NCBI GenBank assembly: GCA_902782795.1
Contig: CACZOT010000018.1
Span: 1 to 35,544, forward strand
Length of the DNA: 35,544 nt
Source of the DNA: an uncultured Eubacteriales bacterium
GTDB taxonomy: Bacteria > Bacillota > Clostridia > Christensenellales > Aristaeellaceae
Reading direction: 5' to 3'
Below are positions 29,756-35,544 of this stretch, piece by piece. Position 1 is the stretch's first letter; every line of letters begins with the position of its first letter. The notes under the pieces were generated by a model. It did no database searches, was not told the DNA's origin, and saw only the letters and a list, made by a program, of their open reading frames with translations. Position numbers and translations under genes: made by a program.

Positions 29756-32700
29756 GTGCCTGTGACTATGGTGACGGGGAGCGCCTTCGCGCTGTACACG
29801 CGCTTGGGCGGAGATATGCGCCGCGCCCTCGCGGAGCCGGGCGAAGAGCCGGTGGTGCTGGTCGTCCCCGGGCAGCTCACCCTGGAGACGGAGCAGTACG
29901 CCCTGGCCAGCGCCGGGCTGAACGGCTCCTTCCGCCTCCAGGTGCTCAGCCCCGCGCGCCTCTGGGAGAAGGTCTTCGAACAGGCTGGGCGCAGCGAGGG
30001 CTCGCGCATCGACGAGCGCGGCAGGGCCATGCTCATGCGCCGCGCCCTGGACGCCTTCGACGGCTCCCTGCGCGTCTACGAAGGCGCCCGACGCTCGGCG
30101 GGGTTCGCCGCCCTCGCCGCGGAGATGGTCCTGCAGTGGAAAGGCGCGGGGCTGCGGCCGGAGGACGTCTCCGCCATCGCTGCCCGGCATGAGGGCACGC
30201 CCCTGGCCGGAAAACTCGCGGACATCGCCACTCTGTACGCCATCTATGAAGAGGCCGCCGCCGGCCTCGCCGTGGACGAGGAGGACGCCCGGCGCGACGC
30301 CCTCGCCCGCCTGCCGCGCGCGCCGTTTTTCCGCGGGGCCCGGGTGTGGTTCTACGGATTCGATCTGCTCACCAACCCTGTCGCGGAGACGGTCCTCGCG
30401 CTGGCGCGGGTCGCCGCCGGCGTGACGGTCCTCTTCCCCATGCGTTCGGATCCCCTCTCCCGTGACGCGCGGCTCTACGCCCCCGCCCAGGGGACCCTGC
30501 GGCGCGCGGTGGAGATGCTGGAAGCCGAAGGCATCGGCGTCACGCGCGCCGAGGCCGCCGCGCCGGAGCGCACCTCCTGCGCCGCGCGCGTCCTCGAGGA
30601 GGAACTCTTTTCTTATCCCGCCGCGCCGTGCCTGGGTCCGGCCAAGGGCCTCGCGCTGCACGCGGCGCCCAATCCCCGCGCCGAGGCGGAGCACGCCGCC
30701 GCGGCCATCCGCTTCCTCGTGCGCAAGCGAGGCTGGCGCTACGCCGACATCGCTGTGGCCTGCCAGAGCCCTTCCACGCTCTACAGCCCCTTGCGGCGGG
30801 CGTTTGCTCTGTACGATATCCCCGTCTTCTTCCCGGAGACCCGTATGGCCCAGGCGCACCCGCTCTGCGCGGCGCTCCTGGCGGCGGTGCGCGCCGCGGC
30901 CGGGCCTGTCCGCGAGGACGACATGCAGACCCTGCTGGGCTCGGGCTATTCGCCCCTGTCTGACGACGAGGCCGACCGCGCCCGCAATTTCGCCTTCGAG
31001 CACGGCGTCGTGGCCTCGCGCTGGCTGCGACCTTACCTCCCCGGCGCGGATCCGGAGGGCAAAAACGCCGCCTTCGAGGAGCTCCGGGCGCGCCTGGCCG
31101 CGCCCGTCCTGCGCCTCAGGGAGGGCCTGCGCAAAAAGGAGACGCGCGCGCAGCTGGAGGCCATCGTCGATTATCTGGGCGCGACCGGCTCCTACGAGCG
31201 CATGCTCGCCGAGGGCGACGCCCTGGCCGCTGCCGGGCAGCCCGTCGCCGCGGCGGAAGGCGCGCAGGTCTGGGGGCGCATCCTTTCTGCGCTGGATCAG
31301 ATCGCAGTGGTGTACGCGCATGCCTCCGCGCCCATGTCCGCCAAGGCCCTTTCCGAGATGCTGCGCCAGACGCTTTCCGTCACCGAGCTCAAGCCCCTGC
31401 CCCAATCCGCGGACGCCGTGGCCGTGGGCAGCCTGGAACACATGAAGACGCGGCCGGTGAAGGCCGTGGTCATCGTCGGCGCTACGGACGCGGACGAGGG
31501 CGATGGCCCCTCGCTCCTGCTGGACAGCGACCGCGAGGCCTTGCGCGAGGAGGTCTGGCTCGGGCCGGACAAGCGCGAGCGCGCCCTCATGCGCCTGCTC
31601 GCGGCCAAGGAAGCCGTCTCCTTCGCGGAGGAGACGCTGCTCGTCTCCTGGCACACGGCCGCCTCGGACGGCTCCGTGCGCCGGCCCGGGGCGCTGGTGC
31701 GCTCCGTCCGGGCGGTGTTCCCGGAGCTGACCGCCAGCGGGGGCGTCACCGAGGACGCCCGCGAGGAGCGCTTGCGCCTGCTCGCGCCGGAGGCCGCCTG
31801 CGTGCGGCTGGGCGAGGCCCTGCGCCGTCCGGAGGGCCTTACGGACGACGAGCGCGCCGCCCTCAACACCCTCGCCTCCTTTCCGGAATATCGCGAACGC
31901 CTGGCCGCGCTGATGGGCGCGCTGGAGGGCGATCCCCTGCCAGAATCCATCGCGCCGGACCTGGCCGAGCGCCTCTACGACGGCCCGCGCACGCTCTCCG
32001 TCACGCGGCTGGAGCTCTACGCGCGCTGCCCCTTCTCCCACTTCGTGCGTTACGGCGCGCGGCCGGAGGAGCTGCGCGAGTGGGGCATCACTCCGCGCGA
32101 CGCGGGCGATATCTGCCACGAGGCGCTGGATCGCTTCGTGCAGCTGCATCCGGAGGAGCAGGACATCGAGACGGCGGTCCGCCACATGGACGCCATCGCC
32201 CAGGCGGTCCTGGACGAGGCCCTGCCCGGGCTGCGCGAGGAGAGCGCCGTCAGCCGCGAGGAGGCCGCGCAGCTGCGCGCCACCGCGCGCCGCGCCGCCC
32301 TGACGCACCTGAGGCAGATGGGCGCGAGCCGCTTCGTGCCCGCCGCCGCCGAGGCCGCCTTCCGCGGCGAAAACGCCCTCCCTCTCGAGGGCGCGCGCCT
32401 CGAGGGGCGCATCGACCGCGTGGATATCTGGCGCGCCGCCGGGGAGGATTTCCTCCGCGTCGTGGACTACAAGCGCGGCGGGCGTCAGCTGCAGCTGGCC
32501 AAGGTCTTCTACGGCCTCCAGCTCCAGCTGATGATCTACCTCGTCGCCGCCGGTGCCATGTTCTCCGCCCAGCCCGCCGCCGCGCTCTACTTCAATGTTT
32601 CCGATCCCCTCGTGGACACGCGCTCCATCGATCCGGACGAGATCGCCGCCGAGCGCGGGAAGATGCTGCGCCTGAGCGGGGCCGTGCTCGCGGAGGAGGA

Positions 32701-33034
32701 AGTCGTGCGGGCGCTGTCCGATCCGCCCGAGGTCTCGCTGACCGCGTCCTTCAACCAGGACGGTTCCCTGCGCAAGAGCGACCGGCTCTTCTCCCGCGAG
32801 GATCTCGCCCTGCTCGCCCGGCGCGCCGTGGAACAGGCGGAGGAATCTCTGCGCGGCATGCGCCAGGGAGAGATCGGCGCGCACCCTGCCCGGCTAGACC
32901 GGGAAAGCGCGCCCTGCGTCTCCTGCCCCTACGCCGCCGTCTGCCGTCAGGACCCCTACGCCGCCGCCTCCCGTGAACGTGCCCTCGCGCCCCTCTCCGC
33001 CAAGGAGGTGCTGGAGCTCCTGCGCGACGAGTAA
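29756..33034 (+). CDS. addB: AddB-type helicase-nuclease subunit B (inactive helicase-like N-terminus, C-terminal PD-(D/E)XK nuclease with Fe-S cluster)
   Basis: This is the real 3' part of the 1845-aa track ORF 27497..33034. The start is GTG 29756, 8 nt after GGGGAGG, or in-frame ATG 29768. EPVVLVVPGQLTLETEQYAL parallels the B. subtilis AddB stretch IIFLVPDQMTFLMEYEL. The nuclease motif is LEGRIDRVD...LRVVDYKRGG. Four Cys sit in the AddB arrangement: YARCPFSHFVRYG and APCVSCPYAAVC. Confidence 0.85.
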   Translation: MPVTMVTGSAFALYTRLGGDMRRALAEPGEEPVVLVVPGQLTLETEQYALASAGLNGSFRLQVLSPARLWEKVFEQAGRSEGSRIDERGRAMLMRRALDAFDGSLRVYEGARRSAGFAALAAEMVLQWKGAGLRPEDVSAIAARHEGTPLAGKLADIATLYAIYEEAAAGLAVDEEDARRDALARLPRAPFFRGARVWFYGFDLLTNPVAETVLALARVAAGVTVLFPMRSDPLSRDARLYAPAQGTLRRAVEMLEAEGIGVTRAEAAAPERTSCAARVLEEELFSYPAAPCLGPAKGLALHAAPNPRAEAEHAAAAIRFLVRKRGWRYADIAVACQSPSTLYSPLRRAFALYDIPVFFPETRMAQAHPLCAALLAAVRAAAGPVREDDMQTLLGSGYSPLSDDEADRARNFAFEHGVVASRWLRPYLPGADPEGKNAAFEELRARLAAPVLRLREGLRKKETRAQLEAIVDYLGATGSYERMLAEGDALAAAGQPVAAAEGAQVWGRILSALDQIAVVYAHASAPMSAKALSEMLRQTLSVTELKPLPQSADAVAVGSLEHMKTRPVKAVVIVGATDADEGDGPSLLLDSDREALREEVWLGPDKRERALMRLLAAKEAVSFAEETLLVSWHTAASDGSVRRPGALVRSVRAVFPELTASGGVTEDAREERLRLLAPEAACVRLGEALRRPEGLTDDERAALNTLASFPEYRERLAALMGALEGDPLPESIAPDLAERLYDGPRTLSVTRLELYARCPFSHFVRYGARPEELREWGITPRDAGDICHEALDRFVQLHPEEQDIETAVRHMDAIAQAVLDEALPGLREESAVSREEAAQLRATARRAALTHLRQMGASRFVPAAAEAAFRGENALPLEGARLEGRIDRVDIWRAAGEDFLRVVDYKRGGRQLQLAKVFYGLQLQLMIYLVAAGAMFSAQPAAALYFNVSDPLVDTRSIDPDEIAAERGKMLRLSGAVLAEEEVVRALSDPPEVSLTASFNQDGSLRKSDRLFSREDLALLARRAVEQAEESLRGMRQGEIGAHPARLDRESAPCVSCPYAAVCRQDPYAAASRERALAPLSAKEVLELLRDE

Positions 33035-33127
33035 GAAAACCCGCCGGGCAAGCCCCGAAAGAGGGCTTCCCGCTATTGTGGACCTACGCGACGTTTCCCT
33101 TCCAAAACAGAAAGGAGCTGTTGACCC

Positions 33128-34963
33128 ATGGCAAACCCCAAGTCCTTCCCCATGAACCCGCCCCGGAACCGCCTGGTCGGGCCGCTGCCCAAGATCGGCA
33201 TCCGCCCCTGCATCGACGGCCGCCGCGGCGCGCTCAAGGTGCGCGAGAGCCTCGAGGAGCAGACCATGACCCTGGCCCGCGCCGCCGCCGAGTTCCTCAG
33301 CGCCAACCTGAAGCACCCCTGCGGCCTGCCGGTGGAGTGCGTCATCGCCGATACGACCATCGGCCGCGTGGCCGAAGCCGCCGCCTGCCAGGCCAAGTTC
33401 GAGCGCGAGGGCGTGGGCCTGACCATCACCGTCACGCCCTGCTGGTGCTACGGCTCCGAGACCATGGATATGGATCCCCTCACCCCCAAGGCCGTCTGGG
33501 GCTTCAACGGCACGGAGCGCCCCGGCGCGGTGTATCTGGCCGCCGTGCTCGCCGCCCACGCCCAGAAGGGCATCCCCGCCTTCGGCATCTACGGCCACGA
33601 CGTGCAGGACGCCGATATGGCCGCCACCATCCCCGAGGACGTCAAGGAAAAGCTGCTTCTCTTCGCCAGGGCCGGCCTCGCCGTGGCCACCATGCGCGGA
33701 AAGAGCTATCTCTCCATGGGCGGCACGGCCATGGGTATCGCGGGCTCCATCGTCAACCCGAACCTCCTGGAGCGGTATTTCGGCATGCGCTCGGAATCGG
33801 TCGACATGTCCGAATTCACGCGCCGCTGGGAGGAGGGCGTGTACGACAAGGCCGAGTTCGACCAGGCGCTCGCCTGGGCCAAGGAGAACATGGTCATGGG
33901 CTGGGACAAGAACCCGCCGGAGCTGCGCCACTCGGACGAATACAAGGAGTGGTGCCTGCAGACCAACATCAAGATGGCCATGATCGCGCGCGATATGATG
34001 GTCGGCAATCCGCGCCTGGCGGAGCTGGGCTTCGAGGAGGAGGCCGTGGGCCACAACGCCATCCTCTCCGGCTTCCAGGGCCAGCGCCAGTGGAACGACC
34101 ACTTCCCCAACGGCGATTTCATGGAGAGCCTCGCCTCCACCTCCTTCGACTGGACCGGCCTGCGCGAGCCCTACCTCATGGCCACGGAGAACGACCACCT
34201 GAACGGCCTGGCCATGCTCCTGAGCAAGCTCGTGACCAACTGCGCGCCCGGCTTCGCCGACGTGCGCACCTACTGGAGCCCGGAGGCCGTGGAGCGCGTT
34301 ACCGGCTGGAAGCCCGATGGCGCGGCCGCGGGCGGCTTTATCCACCTGATCAATTCTGGCGCGGTGGCCCTGGACGCCGCCGGCGAGTGTCGCAACGAGA
34401 AGGGCGAATACTGCATGAAGCCCTGGTACGAGATGACCAGCGAAGAAGCCGCGAAGACCATGGAGGCCACCAAGTGGTGCTACGCGGATCTGGGCTACTT
34501 CCGCGGCGGCGGGTATTCGGCCCACCTGGTCAGCCACGGCGGCATGCCTCTGACCATGAGCCGCCTGAACGTCGTGGACGGCCTCGGCCCGGTCCTGCAG
34601 ATCGCCGAGGGCTGGTCGGTCGAGCTGCCGGAGAAGGTCCACGAGGCCCTCGATCAGCGCACCGATCCCACCTGGCCCACCACCTGGTTCGTGCCGCGCC
34701 TCACCGGAACGGACGCCTTCACAGACGTCTACTCCGTCATGAACAACTGGGGCGCCAACCACGGGGCGTTCGTCTACGGCCACGTCGGCGCCGAGCTGAT
34801 CACGCTCGCGTCCATGCTGCGCATCCCCGTATGCATGCACAACGTGCCCGACGCCAAGATCTTCCGCCCCAGCGCCTGGAACGCTTTCGGCACCAAGGAC
34901 CGCGAGGGCGCCGATTACCGCGCCTGCGCCGCCTACGGCCCGCTGTACGGGAAGCGGCTGTAA
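33128..34963 (+). CDS. fucI: L-fucose isomerase
   Basis: An AAAGGAG RBS lies 10 nt upstream. The protein is co-linear with E. coli FucI as I recall it: [94 protein letters not shown] and [16 protein letters not shown]. Confidence 0.95.
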   Translation: MANPKSFPMNPPRNRLVGPLPKIGIRPCIDGRRGALKVRESLEEQTMTLARAAAEFLSANLKHPCGLPVECVIADTTIGRVAEAAACQAKFEREGVGLTITVTPCWCYGSETMDMDPLTPKAVWGFNGTERPGAVYLAAVLAAHAQKGIPAFGIYGHDVQDADMAATIPEDVKEKLLLFARAGLAVATMRGKSYLSMGGTAMGIAGSIVNPNLLERYFGMRSESVDMSEFTRRWEEGVYDKAEFDQALAWAKENMVMGWDKNPPELRHSDEYKEWCLQTNIKMAMIARDMMVGNPRLAELGFEEEAVGHNAILSGFQGQRQWNDHFPNGDFMESLASTSFDWTGLREPYLMATENDHLNGLAMLLSKLVTNCAPGFADVRTYWSPEAVERVTGWKPDGAAAGGFIHLINSGAVALDAAGECRNEKGEYCMKPWYEMTSEEAAKTMEATKWCYADLGYFRGGGYSAHLVSHGGMPLTMSRLNVVDGLGPVLQIAEGWSVELPEKVHEALDQRTDPTWPTTWFVPRLTGTDAFTDVYSVMNNWGANHGAFVYGHVGAELITLASMLRIPVCMHNVPDAKIFRPSAWNAFGTKDREGADYRACAAYGPLYGKRL

Positions 34964-34977
34964 CCGAGTTTGCGGAA

Positions 34978-35037
34978 ACGGGCTCCGGCATCCCTTCATC
35001 AGGGAGCCGGAGCCCGTTGTTTGTTTGTGCTTTTGTG
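34978..35037 (+). terminator. rho-independent terminator of fucI
   Basis: ACGGGCTCCGGC-a-TCCCT (34978-34995), loop TCATC, then AGGGA-GCCGGAGCCCGT (35001-35017). It is followed by the T-rich run TGTTTGTTTGTGCTTTTGTG. The stem sequence resembles the terminator module of the repeat (GGCTCCGG.ATCC). Confidence 0.8.
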
Positions 35038-35038
35038 C

Positions 35039-35076
35039 AAAAAACAGGCGGCCGCTCAAGAGCGGCCGCCCATTTT
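35039..35076 (-). terminator. rho-independent terminator of the rightmost binding-protein gene
   Basis: GGCGGCCGCT (35047-35056), loop CAAG, then AGCGGCCGCC (35061-35070). On the minus strand it is followed by TGTTTTTTG. A weaker T-run (CATTTTC) lies on the plus strand. Confidence 0.75.
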
Positions 35077-35108
35077 CATTGCCTGAGGCAATGTCAACGA
35101 TACCGAGA

Positions 35109-35544
35109 TTACTTGTTCAGATGATACACGTCGTACTCGGCAGAGTAGGCATCGTAGCCCTGGGTCTCGACGTTGCTGTCGAACCTGGCCTGCCAGATCT
35201 CGTTGATCTCGGAAACACGGTTGGCCTGCGCGAACGCGGACAGATCAGCGATGAGGCTGTTGAACTCGTCTTCGCTGGAAGCCATCACGATCTTCGGCAG
35301 CTGCTCGCGGCAACGATCCTCGATGGCCTTCTGGCAGATGCCCAGGTCGTCCTGAGGATCGATCTCGCCGGTCACGCCGGTGAGCTGGTCGGTCATGAAC
35401 TTCTGGCCGATGTGCAGATCGTTGAGATCATAGGAAGACAGGTGAGCCTGACGGGTGACGACCCAGTCCTGCTGCTCTGCGGGCAGAAGGTCGTTCAGAC
35501 CGAACTTGATGCCGTCAACGTAGTCAGACTGAGCGGGCTGAGAC
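35109..35544 (-). CDS. C-terminal part of another ABC-transporter solute-binding protein (5' end outside the window)
   Basis: The frame stays open from the TAA at 35109-35111 to the window edge: ...SQPAQSDYVDGIKFGLNDLLPAEQQDWVVTRQAHLSSYDLNDLHIGQKFMTDQLTGVTGEIDP...EFNSLIADLSAFAQANRVSEINEIWQARFD. This is the C-terminal style of large sugar-binding proteins. The track shows only the last 95 aa, from an internal Met. Confidence 0.6.
   Translation of the reverse strand, partial: SQPAQSDYVDGIKFGLNDLLPAEQQDWVVTRQAHLSSYDLNDLHIGQKFMTDQLTGVTGEIDPQDDLGICQKAIEDRCREQLPKIVMASSEDEFNSLIADLSAFAQANRVSEINEIWQARFDSNVETQGYDAYSAEYDVYHLNK

Noticed and set aside
33035-33127. Weak stem AAGCCC..GGGCTT after the addB stop, considered as a terminator, plus a search for a fucI promoter in the same gap.
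   Set aside because: The stem is only 6 bp with no T-run. No -35/-10 pair with acceptable spacing was found.
1087-35124. Very long ORFs in the track that run antisense to, or out of frame with, the genes called above. These are 1087..3021+, 3028..4515-, 4512..6224-, 4757..5944+, 6223..7641+, 6332..7522-, 7801..10341+, 8000..9007-, 9071..10192-, 10484..12136-, 13231..14760-, 13233..14144+, 14900..16177-, 14971..17202+, 17093..18985+, 17409..18860-, 18961..20196+, 20344..21633+, 22368..25163+, 24794..26857+, 29609..32884-, 32080..32976+, 32894..35059- and 33076..35124+.
   Set aside because: Their translations are dominated by Arg, Gly, Ala, Pro, His and Asp/Glu runs and have no recognisable motifs, signal peptides or RBS. 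Each overlaps almost completely a gene with clear family signatures on the other strand or in another frame. Scarcity of stop codons in high-GC DNA explains them.

Overview
High-GC, Firmicutes/Clostridia-like chromosomal segment with GGAGG-type ribosome-binding sites and TTGACA/TACAAT-type promoters. Spore-former markers are present (dpaA-dpaB). All calls come from reading the sequence and the ORF track; no database search was run. I support 22 protein genes. From left to right: (1) dpaA-dpaB. (2) A divergent five-gene block: an Fe-S aldo/keto reductase on the minus strand, and a GPH-type MFS transporter, HAD hydrolase, alpha/beta hydrolase and a cytoplasmic Cys-type sulfatase on the plus strand. 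(3) A sugar-uptake locus: a membrane-anchored AraC regulator, a solute-binding protein, two permeases and a TIM-barrel sugar isomerase/epimerase. (4) A convergent eight-gene minus-strand operon: GH2 glycosidase, a YesM-like kinase, a YesN-like regulator, a binding protein, two permeases, a DUF4838-like protein, and an ADP-ribosylglycohydrolase fused to beta-sandwich/LamG-like domains. (5) An unclassifiable 810-aa protein with an atypical P-loop, placed back to back with an AddB-like nuclease that has no adjacent addA. (6) fucI and the 3' part of another binding-protein gene. No rRNA, tRNA, CRISPR array, transposase or integrase was seen. The leads most worth a second look: a multi-hairpin intergenic repeat in three copies, each lying between a gene's stop codon and its terminator; the 810-aa gene / orphan addB pair; the ADP-ribosylglycohydrolase fusion closing a glycan operon; and the cytoplasmic sulfatase cluster with no maturase gene. 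The many long antisense ORFs in the track are high-GC artefacts.
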